The notes under the pieces were generated by a model. It made no database searches, was not told the DNA's origin, and was given only the letters and a program-made list of their open reading frames with translations. Shown here piece by piece: positions 9,835 through 22,743 of a stretch of DNA of 64,000 nucleotides (positions are counted from its first letter, which is position 1; each line of letters begins with the position of its first letter). The stretch comes from Paramoeba atlantica (lineage: Eukaryota; Protista; Discosea), in assembly GCA_977017575.1 (NCBI GenBank), contig CDRNVI010000026.1, forward strand, positions 496,001 through 560,000, in the 5' to 3' direction. Position numbers and translations under genes: made by a program.

Positions 9835-11148
9835 GTCTGGTTAAGTACAATTATTCGTGCCTTGGTGGTTCATGAACCATGAACCAGAATCAAACCTTTG
9901 TACAGTGGTCGTCAGCATAACGTGCCCTTTCTCTAGAATTCGCCATTTTTGTGCGTTTTTTCTTATTTTTGTAGCATTGAAGAGATATCGGCGAGCTTGT
10001 GCCAAAGATGGAGTCATTTCTCTAAAATGAACAATTTTTCCGAAATTTTTGCGAACGAAAAAATATTTTTTTTTTGTTGTTTGAAAAAGATGACTCTTTT
10101 TTTGGAATCGGTTTTGGGTTTCTTCTATAGTTGATGTACTTACATAACACCGTGAGGTATTGTGTGTGCCTTGCTACACATTTTTACATGATACACTTTC
10201 CTATGGTACATAAATCAAATCATTATTAGCCTTCTAGTAAAACACAGGACCAGGGCATTCCAATCCGGGTGCGCAAAGCAAATAACTTTCTGATGAATCC
10301 CAGTGTCATAGCACAATGGGATATTGTTCTGTGCAAAACGTTCAATACCGAATGTTAGTATCTGTAGATATGTGCGGGTTTCAGTGAGTCGCTGTGGGCT
10401 GCTGCTCACGATAGACGAGTCAGAATCCAGAATAACCAAGTGTCTCCACCCTACTCCTATGGCGCCCCAAACTTGACATCTTGGCTCCCAGCGTACTTTT
10501 TTCTTCAGGCAGGTTGTTGGACGGCATACATCTTCCTCAATGAACTTCGGCTAAGCAGCTCAGCCAGATTCTCCTGAAAGGGAGTATGCCCCTCCTCTTA
10601 CTCACTAAGTTGATGATGTTTTGGGTCTTTTGACTCCGAAAAGTTATGGCCCCTCAACTCCCCAAACGGGTAGTCCGAATACGTCTGGCGGCGTATCCGG
10701 AGAGCCAGCCATAGCAAGCTATGGCTGACCTCCGCTTGGAGAGGAGTTAGGTTTCCAAATATTATCCTCCAATAAAGGAAGCCAATAATTAACAGCTCGG
10801 ATAGGAGGGGCTCGCTACTCCCCAACATGGTTTAACAAGCTAAGCCACGACCCTTCCTAACTTTAAATTGTTGTGTGGATACTACCCTAGTTTCTTGACG
10901 TCTTGTTTTACTTAGGCCGGGTAGTTCCACAACATGGGAGATGGTGGCGGCGAAGGGGTCGGCGAAAGGGGGCGCGGCCGAGAGCGCGATCGGAGGGAGA
11001 GCGCGGCGGGGAGCACGATGGGAAGCTCGGCGGGATCTGCGGCGGGGAGCGCGGGGAGAAGCGCGGCGAGTAGAGCGGCAGCGAGCGGCGGAGAGGACGA
11101 GAAGGGGGCGAGTAGGCGGCCAGCTGCGGGTGCGCAGGCGGCGAGCAG

Positions 11149-13385
11149 TGTGGCCACCAGCTGGCCACCCTATCGTAAAGTGGCCACCTGACCACCCCCC
11201 TAAGAAAAAGTGGCCATCCTATGGAAAAGTGGCCACCTGGCCACCCTATGGAAAAGTGGCCACCTGGCCACCCTCTGGAAAAGTAGCCACCTGGCCACCC
11301 TATGAAAAAGTGGCCAGCTGGCCACCCTATGAAAAAGTGGCCAGCTAGCCCCGCTTTGGTTGGCCAGCTGGCCACCCTCTGGAAAAGTGGCCAGCTGGCC
11401 ACCCTCTGGAAAAGTCTCATGGTTGGGTCAGACACCCATTCACACGACAACAAAGTCCTTATGCACGACCTGGTGTAAGTGTTGGAGGAATCTCCTTAAC
11501 AAGGAGTAAACAAAGATATAGGAGTAAACAAAGGCCATGCCTTGATCACAAAGACGCTCCGCATTACGGCGTGGGGATCTCAGGAACGTGCTTCTCATGT
11601 GCACAAGAACAGGTGTGAATCAACACACTACCTTCTTACTTAACCTCTTTTACACACAGCTTGGGTCTTACGGCATACACAAGAGTAGGTGCATACGACG
11701 CATAAGACCCCACCTGGCCACCCTCTGGAAAAGTAACCACCTGGCCACCCTAAGAAAAAGTAGCCACCTGGCCACCCTATGAAAAAGTGGCCACCTGGCC
11801 ACCCTATGAAAAAGTGGCCACCTGGCCACCCTATGAAAAAGTGGCCACCTGGCCCCGCTTTGAAAAAGTGGCCACCTGGCCACCCTATCGAAAAGTAGCC
11901 ACCTGGCCACCCTCTGGAAAAGTAACCACCTGGCCACCCTAAGAAAAAGTAGCCACCTGGCCACCCTATGAAAAAGTGGCCAGCTGGCCACCCTCTGGAA
12001 AAGTAGCCACCTGGCCACCCTATGGAAAAGTGGCCACCTGGCCACCCTATGAAAAAGTGGCCACCCTATCGAAAAGTGGCCACCTGGCCACCCTATGAAA
12101 AAGTAGCCACCTGGCCACCCTCTGGAAAAGTAGCCACCTGGCCACCATATGAAAAAGTGGCCAGCTGGCCACCCTATGAAAAAGTGGCCACCTGGCCACC
12201 CTATGAAAAAGTGGCCACCTGGCCACCCTATGAAAAAGTGGCCACCTGGCCACCCTATTAAAAAGTAGCCACCTGGCCACCCTCTGGAAAAGTAGCCACC
12301 TGGCCACCATATGAAAAAGTGGCCACCTGGCCACCCTATGAAAAAGTGGCCAGCTGGCCACCCTCTGGAAAAGTGGCCACCTGGCCACCCTATCGAAAAG
12401 TGGCCACCTGGCTACCCCATAAAAAAGGGGCCACCTGGCCACCCTATGAAAAAGTGGCCACCTGGCCACCCTATGAAAAAGTGGCCACCTGGCCACCCTA
12501 TGAAAAAGTGGCCAGCTGGCCACCCTATGAAAAAGTGGCCACCTGGCCATCCTATCGAAAAGTGGCCACCTGGCCACCCCATAAAAAAGGGGCCACTTGG
12601 CCACCCTATCTAAAAGTAGCCACCTGGCCACCCTATGAAAAAGGGGCCACCTGGCCACCCTATGAAAAAGTGGCCACCTGGCCACCCTATGACGAGCTCC
12701 CTCTGAAAAAGTGGCCACCTGGCCACCCTATGAAAAAGTGGCCACCTGGCCCCGCTTTGAAAAAGTGGCCACCTGGCCACCCTATGCGTAACTCGCCACC
12801 TGGCCACCCTATGAAAAAGTGGCCAGCTAGCCCCGCTTTGAAAACGTGGCCACCTGCCCACCCTATGAAAAAGTGGCCACCTGGACACCCTCTGGAAAAG
12901 TGGCCACCTGGCCACCCTATGAAAAAGGGGCCACCTGGCCACCCTCTGGAAAAGTGGCCACCTGGCCACCCTATGAAAAAGGGGCCACCTGGCCACCCTC
13001 TGGAAAAGTGGCCACCTGGCCACCCTATGAAAAAGGGGCCACCTGGCCACCCTCTGGAAAAGTGGCCACCTGGCCACCCTATGAAAAAGGGGCCACCTGG
13101 CCACCCTATGGAAAAGTGGCCACCTGGCCACCCTATGAAAAAGTGGCCAGCTAGCCCCGCTTTGAAAAAGTGGCCACCTGGCCACCCTATGAAAAAGTGG
13201 CCAGCTAGCCCCGCTTTGAAAAAGTGGCCACCTGGCCACCCTATGAAAAAGTGGCCACCTGGCCACCCTATGAAAAAGTGGCCACCTGGCCACCCCATAA
13301 AAAAGTGGCCACCTGGCCACCCCATAAAAAAGTGGCCACCTGGCCACCCTATGAAAAAGTGGCCACCTGGCCACCCTATGAAAAA
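11149..13385 (+). repeat. rDNA spacer 27-bp tandem array (ATGAAAAAGTGGCCACCTGGCCACCCT), interrupted at 11416-11708
   Basis: Directly visible tandem units with variants such as GGCCCCGCTTTG and CTCTGGAAAAG. Confidence 0.95.
11416..11708 (+). repeat. Displaced copy of the downstream rDNA spacer module (matches ~21716-22055 with an internal deletion)
   Basis: CTCATGGTTGGGTCAGACACCCA...TATGCACGACCTGGTGTAAGTGTTGGAGGAA and ...GGCATACACAAGAGTAGGTGCATACGACGCATAAGAC occur at both places. Confidence 0.9.
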
Positions 13386-14402
13386 GTGTGGTGTCCGGGT
13401 GATAGCCAGGCACGATCCAAAATTTACTGCTTTTAGCCGCGTGCTCCAGGCTATGAAATCATAGCTTTTGCCGTACTGCACACTTTTTAGGCTGTGGGCA
13501 CTACGGACGGCACATCGGCCAAGCATCCAATGATCATTTGTTAGTGTGTATGGGTATTTACCCTAGTTTCCTAGTGTTTCGTTGTGTTAACACTGGGTAA
13601 CTCCATACGCGGGAAAGAATCTGTCCTACTTTTTTAGCACCTTGATTTATTGGTGACGGGCAGACTCTTTCCGCGGCATTCCTCACACCCTAGTTCTTTG
13701 GCGCCTTGTTTTGTTGCCGCCGGGTGCTGGAATTGCTATTTTTGGAGATGAAAAAGGTCCAAAAAGTTGTTCACCCACTCACTGTAATCCTGTAAGAAAC
13801 CCCTTTTGTCCTACAAGTGGGGTCGTAGCGCAAGCTTCTCTCGCGAGAGACTTCCCTATGTCGGTCCTCGTACTCTTTTGAAGCGGGGCTGAGACAATTC
13901 ACACCGTTGGCGGTGCAGGTGGTGAAAGAGAAAAAATTAGAGATCAGCAATGAGGGGATTCACGCGGCGACGTAGGCATTGAACAAGGGTTTTCTTTCTC
14001 AAAAGTTTCTACAGAAAGTGTGTGTTTCCACTCACGCACCTCAATGGAGACACCCCATTAACTGGGTAGCGCGAGACTTGCTAACCAACGCTTAAGTGAA
14101 TCTCGTGTTGCGTCAGACTCTGCTTTGCTTGTATTCGCTAAAACTACACTGCTCCGGATTGTTAGAATTGAAGATTTTTATGCTTTGGTCTCTGCTGGAG
14201 ATGGGGTGGGATTATCTCTCCCACCTGACGCATCCAAAAGGATATCTAGACAACATCATCCCGTTCGGTTAATAAGAAAGGGGTGCTTAACGAAAAAGTG
14301 GTGCTTAGCAAAGAAGGGGTGGGTTGCCTGGAAAAGTAACGTACCTTCTTGGTTTCCCGAAACGTTTTATTCCGTGAGATCCCGATGATTAGTCCTTCCC
14401 GA
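13386..14402 (+). repeat. ~1-kb block upstream of 18S, duplicated at 24994-26021 (candidate Pol I promoter/5' ETS region)
   Basis: The copies are near-identical, with about five substitutions and one 11-bp indel (GCGGGCTCCTT). The promoter role is inferred from position. Confidence 0.9.
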
Positions 14403-14405
14403 GAT

Positions 14406-14535
14406 GGAAAAAGTGGCCACCCCCCAAAAAAAGTGGCCACCTGGCCACCCCTCAAAAAAAGTGGCCACCTGGCCACCCCCCAAAAAAAGTGGCCACCTGG
14501 CCGCCCCCCCAAAAAAAGTGGCCACCTGGCCACCA
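14406..14535 (+). repeat. Short degenerate run of the AAAAAGTGGCCACCTGGCCA spacer repeat
   Basis: About five units with poly-C/poly-A linkers. Confidence 0.8.
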
Positions 14536-14795
14536 AAAACACGGTTTGCATTTTGTACATGTAAGATGAAAAAAATTTTGGATGGTTCGACCCGTAATTG
14601 AAAGTGAGGCGAAAGTGCCCACAAGTCGCAACGCAGCTCACTCGTATGATTGAATACATCTTGTGGCTTCCTAGTAAGCCGATGTATGCACGATGAGGAA
14701 CAGAAATACAGTCCCATTGAGATGGGTACTACATTGAACCTTACAGTTTACTGTGAGGGAACAGATTGAGAGAGGAATCACCCTCCCTTTCAAGA

Positions 14796-16819
14796 AACCT
14801 GGTTGATTCTGCCAGTAGTCATATGCTTGTTTCAAGGATTAAGCCATGCAAGCCTAAGAGTAACTGAGACAATAGGAGGTCTGCGAACGGCTCATTATAT
14901 CAGAAATGATCTACCGGGAGAATTGCAGTGAAAACTGCTTGAATGGATAACTTCGCGAAAGGCGAAGCTAATACATGTACGTCACGTGACACATTCCATT
15001 CAACCACTGCGGGGAAACCCAAGGTGGGGAATGTGGCTCGCGAATGGTTGGTACAAAGACCGACGCCAGTAATGGCAGTGTCGTAAATTGATGAATCAAA
15101 CCATTCAGCAAAAGCGCACCTTTGGTGTGCGAGTCCCGACGAATTTCTGCCCTATCAGCTTTTGACGGTAGTGTAGTGGACTACCGTGGCGATAACGGGT
15201 ACGGGGAATTAGGGTTCGATTCCGGAGAGGGAGCCTGAGAAACAGCTACCACTTCTACGGAGGGCAGCAGGCGCGTAAATTGCCCAATGCCAAATTGGTG
15301 AGGCAGCGAAGAGAAATAGCGTCCCCGCCTCTTTGAGTGTGGGGTTCGCAATGGGTGGTACGTAAACCCACCAACGAGTAACAATTGGAGGACAAGTCTG
15401 GTGCCAGCACCCGCGGTAATTCCAGCTCCAATAGCGTATATTAACGTTGTTGCTGTTAAAGGGTTCGTAGTTGAATTCAGAGTGGTGAAAGTTTGCTGCC
15501 TCGGCAGCTCTTCCTCACCACTCTGTCCTAGACGGGGCCGGAGTCTGCGGAAGCGTCCCTTCAGTGGTGACGTGGAAGCGGTTGGCCGAAGAGGCTAACA
15601 TCCCACATGCAACGCATGTCGAGACCGCCCGTCGTTATCACTGTGAAGAAAACAGCGTGTTCAAAGCAGCCGCCTGCGGCTGGATGATAAAGCATGGAAT
15701 GACAAAGCATCGACCACTGGGTCAGTCTTTTGTCGGTTTTTACGACCCAACATGGGTAATCGGTTGGCGAAGTGTTAATTTCCGTCACCTTGTGTGATGG
15801 AAAGCTTCGTCGAACACGGGATCAATGGGGGTTGTCGGGGGAAAACGTATCTGAGCGTGAGAGGTGAAATTCTTAGACCGCTCGGGGACGAACTTATGCG
15901 AAGGCATTTTCCAAGTATACCTTCATCAATCAAGAACTAAAGTGTGGAGATCGAAGATGATTAGATACCATTGTAGTCCACGACTGCAAACGATGACGCC
16001 CATGGATCGGATAGCATTTTGCTCTGATGGGATCTTTTCGGCACTGCTCCCCCTTCAACGCGAAAGCTGAGGCTATGGTCTCATGGGGGAGTACGTTCGC
16101 AAGGCTGAAACTTAAAGAAATTGACGGAATGGCACCACCAGGCGTGGAGTGTGCGGTTTAATTTGACTCAACACGGGGAACCTTACCAGGACAGGACAAC
16201 GGTAGGATTGACAGATTGAGAGTTCTTTCTTAATTCGTTTGACGGTGGTGCATGGCCGCTTTTGGTCGGTGAAGTGATTTGTTTGGTTGATTCCTTTAAC
16301 GGACGAGACCCAATCCGCTTACTAGGGGCACCATCTACCGAAAGGTAAACGGAAGCGAGGGGATTCGTCCCACTCGTCTTCCCAGATAGTGCATCCCCTT
16401 CTTCGCGGCATTCCGTGCGCCTTAGCACGGTGGCATTTTGGGCAACAGCAGGTCCGTGATGCTCCTAAATGTCCTGGGCGACACGCGCACTACAATGACA
16501 AAGTGAATGAGTGAAGCCTTTTTGGTCCTTCTTCGAAAGAAGTGGGGAAACTGAGAAAACTCTGTCGTGCTTGGGATCGAAGCTTGCAATTATTCTTCTT
16601 GAACGAGGAATGCCTAGTAGACGTGCTTCATCAAAGCGCATTGACTACGTCCCTGCCATTTGTACACACCGCCCGTCGTTGTTACCGATGCCAGTTGGAT
16701 AAAGGTTAACGGACTTGCGATCCCTTCGAGGATTGTGGGAAAGTTAACCCATATTTAACTAGTAGAGGAAGCAAAAGTCGTAACAAGGTAGCTGTAGGTG
16801 AACCTGCAGCTGGATCATT
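14796..16819 (+). rRNA. 18S (SSU) rRNA, kinetoplastid type
   Basis: Starts AACCTGGTTGATTCTGCCAGTAGTCATATGC, ends GTAGCTGTAGGTGAACCTGCAGCTGGATCATT, and contains the conserved GTGCCAGCACCCGCGGTAATTCCAGCTC. Confidence 0.98.
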
Positions 16820-17073
16820 TCGAAAGTTTTCGAACCTTGAACAACAGGCACACCGTACGGTGCGTCCTAACACAGCCCTCCCGAGTGCTCGTTTGCGCTC
16901 GGGGAAGGGAAACCGTCTGTTCCAAACCCCGTTCGCGGGGTTTGGGGGGACTCCTTTTTTGTTCCTCCTCGTCGACGGCTTGCGCCGTAGACGGCTCAAG
17001 GGGGTTTACTCGGCCCGGTGCTACGCGTGGGGGGGAAACCCCCCACGCGCCCGGATGAAACCGAGTCATGTAT

Positions 17074-17232
17074 AACTTATGACGGTGGATGTCTTGGCTT
17101 CCCAATCGATGAAGGACGCGGCAATATGCGATAATTCGTACGCATTGCAGAATCAAGCGTAGTACTAAACCTTTGAACGCAACATGTGTGCTGGGTCTCG
17201 CACTCAAGCACGTCCACAGTTCAGTGCCGATA
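17074..17232 (+). rRNA. 5.8S rRNA (ends approximate)
   Basis: GGTGGATGTCTTGGCTTCCCAATCGATGAAGGACGCGGC...GCATTGCAGAATC...CTTTGAACGCA. Confidence 0.92.
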
Positions 17233-17304
17233 ACCTTGCTGGGGAACGACACGTGCCCTGAAATCGAATTCCGTTGGTGTCTCACACCAAAGAAACCATT
17301 TTCA

Positions 17305-18714
17305 AGGCCTGAGCTGTGGTCGACCACCCGCTGAACTTAAGCATATCATTAAGCGGAGGAAAAGAAAACAACTGTGATTCCCCTAGTAGCGGCGAGCGAA
17401 GAGGGATTAGCCCAATCCGAATCGGATCACATCCGAATTGTGGGGTAAGAGGTCTCAGGAAAGCCTGGACACTCGGACAAGTCTTCCTGGAACGGAGCGC
17501 CATAGAGGGTGAGAGCCCCTTGATCCGAGTCCTCCTCAGGCGGGATTAACTTGAGACTTGCGGAGTAGTACTGCTTGGGAATGCAGTGCGAAGGGCAGGT
17601 ATACCTCTGCCAAGGCTAAATATCTTGGGAAGACCGATAGCATACAAGTAGCGTGAGCGAAAGATGAAAAGCACTTTGGAGAGAGAGTGAAATAGCACCT
17701 GAAGCCGTCATAAGATAAGGGATGTACCACTATCCAAGACGTGTGTAGGGCACCTCGGGGGCAACCCCGGGGTGTCTTCCGCACACGTCATGTCTGTCGC
17801 TGTTCCCACGCCGAGCAAGGGGGTTGGTGTGATTTCGCACCTTCGTCACTTTTGTACTCGAGCGTGTGGTTGGGACAGTCTTACCCTTCGGGAGGGATGA
17901 AACGGTGGAGATCTCGGCTGCGGCTCCGTCCTGGGTTTGGAGCGTCTCCCGCCCTCGGGTGGGGGCCTCCGGCTCGGATGGGGTTCGCGGCAGGAGCTCC
18001 CGTGTTCGCTCTCCACAGACAGACTTTGAGATGGCCATAGGCCACGATGGGGTTCATCCGCCCGTCTTGAAACACGGACCAAGGAGTCTAACAAGTATGC
18101 GAGTCATATACTGGAAAGGTATAAGGCGTACTGAAAGGGAAGCGCGTATGTCCGCGTGAGGTGTCAACCCGTTGTGCGGGGTTATGCCCCGCACCCGGGT
18201 GCAACACCGGCCGAGACTTGGCCATGGGCCGGGTTTTTGAGCCTGAGCATACATGTTGGGACCCGAAAGGTGGTGATCTATGCCTGAACAGGACGAAGCC
18301 GAGGGAAACCTGGGTGGAGGTCCGTAGCGATGTTGACGTGCAAATCACTCGTTGGATTTGGGTATAGGGGCGAAAGACTCATCGAACCACCTAGTAGCTG
18401 GTTCACCCCGAAGTTTCCCTCAGGATAGCTGGTGACAGTAAAGCAGTCGTGTGCGGTAAAGCAAATGATTAGAGGCATTGGCTTCAATTTGATGTCGACC
18501 TATTCTCAAACTTTAAACGTGCACAGCATTTGGCTTGCTTTCATGAAGCCAAAGGTAATGGATGATGTCACCAAGTGGGCCTCTTTCGGTAAGCGGAACA
18601 GGCGATGCGGAATGCTCCGCAAGGGAACTTAAGGCGCCTAAGTGCGGGCTCATAGATACCATGAAGGGTGTTCGTTGATCTAGACAGCAGGACGGTGGCC
18701 ATGGAAGTCGGAAT

Positions 18715-18748
<34 letters not shown>

Positions 18749-19842
18749 TCAACCAGCCCCGAAAATGGATGGCGCTCAAGCCCGCCGCCGACAGTTCCCC
18801 GGAACTGTAACTGTGGGAGGGCACAAGAAACACAGTTCCGTGTAGGGGTGCGTGGAGGCAAAGCTGCGAAGCCTTTGGCGTGAGCCTGGGTGGAGCTGCC
18901 TCTAGTGCAGATCTTGGTTGTAGTAGCGAATATTCAACTGCGGAAATTCCGCGATATATCGTTGAAGGCTGAAGTGGGGAAGGGTTTCGTGTCAACGGCG
19001 ATCGGACACGAGTCACTCGGTACTAAAGCCAACGTTGGACCGCACTTGTGGAACGGGGTGATGGCCGCCCGGGCGCCGCGTTCGCTCACCTCGTGTGGGC
19101 GGGCGTCGATGCCTGGGAACTCTACGGCTCCACCCAGTTGGCTGAAAGTAAAGCGGGCTTAACATTCCCGCAGCTGACCATGGGAATTTGAGGCGGTAAC
19201 GCTTTTGAGACGATGCTGGTGACAGTGTGGGACGGGCCCGGAAGAGTTCTCTTTTCTTTTGAATGGACTTCCCCCTCCGTTGAGTTCGCGTCGTGCGGTG
19301 ACGCGGAAGGGGATCCAGCAAAGCCATGCATTTGTGCGTGGTAGGGAAACCGTCTCACGCTTCAGAAAAAGCCAGCGGGGTCCTATTTCCTGATGGCAGG
19401 CCGTACCCATATCCGCATCCGGTCCCCAAGCTTAGAAAGCTCTAGCCAATAGAACAAGGTAGTCTAAGGGAAGTCGGCAAATTAGATGCGTATGCTCGCG
19501 AGAAGCATTGGCTCTGAAGGCAAAGCTGTTGGGAGCCGGCAAGTCCCTGGGCTCAAGGTCCTGGCTGACGTGCCCGCGTCGCGTGCTCCGCCCGCCTTGC
19601 GTGGGTGGGGCGTGTGTGCTGCGGTGTCACGCTTGACGGGGCCTCCAGGGACTACGCCGACCCTTCGGGGACGGTGCAGCCGGGCAAACTCTCACAGCGC
19701 TGAATTGCTGTTTCAGAACTGCTTACCAAGGGGAATCCAACTGTATAATTAAAACACAGGCTTGCGACGCAGCCAAGTGCTGTATGACGCAAGCTGATTT
19801 CTGCCCAGTGCTCTGAATGTCAATGTGACGAGATTCACCTAC

Positions 19843-19899
<57 letters not shown>

Positions 19900-20644
19900 T
19901 TCTAATTAGAGACGCGCATGAATGGATTAATGAGATTCCCACTGTCCCTAGCTACCATCTAGCGAACCAACTGCGTCAAGGGAACGGTCTTGAATGATTA
20001 AGCGGGGAAAGAAGACCCTGTTGAGTTTGACTCCAGTCTCAGTTTGCCGGGCGACATAGGAGGTGTAGTCATAGGTGGGAGGTGCTCGAAAGGGTGCCGG
20101 TTCTGAAAAACCACTTCTTTTATCGTTGCTCGGCAAATCCAATGATAAGGCAAAGGGAGTTATGTCTTAAGGGGCTTCACGGCTCCCAGGGCATTCGTGC
20201 ACCGTCCGAGTCCTACGGGAAATTCAACGGTGCCAACTCACCTGTTGTAGCTCTAAACCCAGGTGCGGATGTACCAGGGTGAGCCTATGTTTGGAGACAA
20301 GACTGAGATGGGGAGTTTGGCTGGGGCGGCATATCTGCTAAACGACAACGCAGGTGTCCTAAGGCGAGCTCAGTGAGGACAGAAACCTCACGTGGCGCAC
20401 AAGGGCAAAAGCTCGCTTGATCTTAGACTTTCAGTACGAGTCTAGAATGTGAAAGCATGGCCAGCGATCCTTTGAGCACGTACATTCAGGTATAATGCCA
20501 GAGGTGTCATAAAAATTACCACAGGGATAACTGGCTTGTGGCAGCCAAGCGTTCCTAGCGACGTTGCCGTTTGATCCTTCGATGTCGGCTCTTCCTAGCC
20601 TTGCGCCGCAGTTGACGCAAAGGGTCGGATTGTTCACCCGGATG

Positions 20645-20688
<44 letters not shown>

Positions 20689-21070
20689 TTACCCTACTTA
20701 ATCAAACATTTCGGCAGGTTTGCCGAGGGAAATACGAAGTAGTACGAGAGGAACTTTCGTTTCGCCTCCCTAGCAACAGCGGCCCTTTGAAAAGAGGCGC
20801 CGCAAGACCACCAGGCGATGATTAACAGCTGAACGCCTCTTAAGCTGGAAATCAATCCCGAAGCAAACTTGGGCCTTCTAGGCCACTTGGGCGCAAAACG
20901 CGAGCGCGAAAACCATAATTACTCAAGTAATACGCGCGGTAGTAACCCTACCCCTATGAAAGAGCGGAGCGTCCAATCACACCCGGAACAGACGATTCCT
21001 TATGCACGACCTGGTGTAAGTGTTGGAGGAACCTCGGTTCCGACTCACTGAGCCCGTGTACGTGCCCATA
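17305..21070 (+). rRNA. LSU (28S) rRNA region (fragment boundaries not resolvable)
   Basis: ACCCGCTGAACTTAAGCATATC, CCCGTCTTGAAACACGGACCAAGGAG, GACTCTCTTAAGGTAGCCAAATGCC, sarcin-ricin loop AGTACGAGAGGAAC, and terminal TGTAAGTG...CACTGAG. Confidence 0.95.
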
Positions 21071-21403
21071 GGTGCAATTTTGCAATTCAATCTACCTAAC
21101 AAGGAGTAGGTAACAAGGCCTAACTTAGGCAACAACAAGGCAATAGTCTTGACACACACACTCAGATCCCTGCATGGGATCTCACAAACGTGCATTCCAT
21201 ATAAACAACCACAGGGGTGGTCAATAAAAAAGGACCCCACATTCTCGTCACCAACATCCACGGTGAGTCCTGCACAACCCTCTCTCTTCAAGCTTACACA
21301 GCTTCCTCACTATATAAATGAAACAGATGTAGAGCACATAGCAGGTGTGCTATGTGTGATCATGTGTTGATACACTCTCACTCCACGGTCAAGTCTCAAC
21401 AAC

Positions 21404-22055
21404 CTCATGGTTGGGTCAGACACCCACTCACACGACAACAAAGTCCTTATGCACGACCTGGTGTAAGTGTTGGAGGAACCTCGGTTCCGACTCACTGAGC
21501 TCGTGCCCATAGGTGCAATTTTGCAATTCAATCTACCTAACAAGGAGTAAACAAAGATAACACAAAGGTGTTATGCCTTGATCACAGAGACAAAACCGTC
21601 TCGATCACAAAGACTCCGCATTACAGTGTGGGGATCTCAGGAACGTGCTTCTCATGTGCACAAGAATGTATGTGTTCCACTTGCACGAGAGGTACATAAA
21701 GCGCTTCATGGTAGTCTCATGGTTGGGTCAGACACCCACTCACACGACAACAAAGTCTTTATGCACGACCTGGTGTAAGTGTTGGAGGAACCTCGGTTCC
21801 GACTCACTGAGCCCGTGTACGTGCCCATAGGTGCAATTCAACCTACGTAACAAGGAGTAAACAAAGATATAGGAGTAAACAAAGGCCATGCCTTGATCAC
21901 AAAGACGCTCCGCATTACGGCGTGGGGATCTCAGGAACGTGCTTCTCATGTGCACAAGAACATGTGTGAATCAACACACTACCTTCTTACTTAACCTCTT
22001 TTACACACAGCTTGGGTCTTACGGCATACACAAGAGTAGGTGCATACGACGCATA
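21404..22055 (+). repeat. ~310-bp spacer modules, each carrying an extra copy of the LSU 3'-terminal segment
   Basis: TATGCACGACCTGGTGTAAGTGTTGGAGGAACCTCGGTTCCGACTCACTGAGC occurs at 21001, 21448 and 21760. Confidence 0.85.
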
Positions 22056-22743
22056 AGACAAAAAAATCAGAATGATCTAGTTGAAAGAACTTCCGTTCCG
22101 ACTCACTGTACTACCACTTTGTTCCACAGATCGCTCTGTTTTTAACCGGATGGGAGTGGCTTAGTATGATTGAAATGGATTGAATGCGTAACGACGCCTC
22201 CAATCCCTCCACGGAGGCACGGCATCCACACCGCAGTGAGGATGATGCGTGCGCAAGAGTTAGTACTGTCTGAGAATAAAAAAATCAACAAGGTACAGAA
22301 ACTGTATCTCTATCGTTACCGTGTACATGCCTCTAAGTGCAATTTCGCAAGTCAACGAAAACAAATGATCCTTCACAGGGCAGACATACTCATGACTCTG
22401 CTTTCAAGGCACTGCAGTCATGAGCTGCAGTCATTTTGGGGGCGAGGTTGTCCAGTGATTGACTGCTCGTTACACTCGCTTAGCGATGAATTCCGATCCT
22501 TCATCCCTTCGTCAAAGTCATCCCACTTCCGATTTACGTCATCTATCTTCCCGGAATACGGGAAATTCGTTTTTGAGTGGGAATGTTCTATGAGAGAGAA
22601 AGCACTGAGTATGGAGAGGAAAGCTAGTGAACAAGAGAGCCAAACTACAAATTTTATAAGTAGTGCACGTGAATTTGTTCCGTACATCGATAAGTAGCGT
22701 ACCTGGATAAGTAGCGTGCTTGGGGGCACAGATGGGCGTTGTA

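Noticed and set aside
10920-11150. GC- and purine-rich block with an 85-aa G/S/A/R ORF just before the spacer array
   Set aside because: Low complexity with no recognisable motif, so it cannot be supported as a gene.
19860-19900. R2-type retroelement target site in the LSU
   Set aside because: CTCTTAAGGTAGCCAAATGCC is intact with no insertion, and no group I intron is evident in 18S or LSU.
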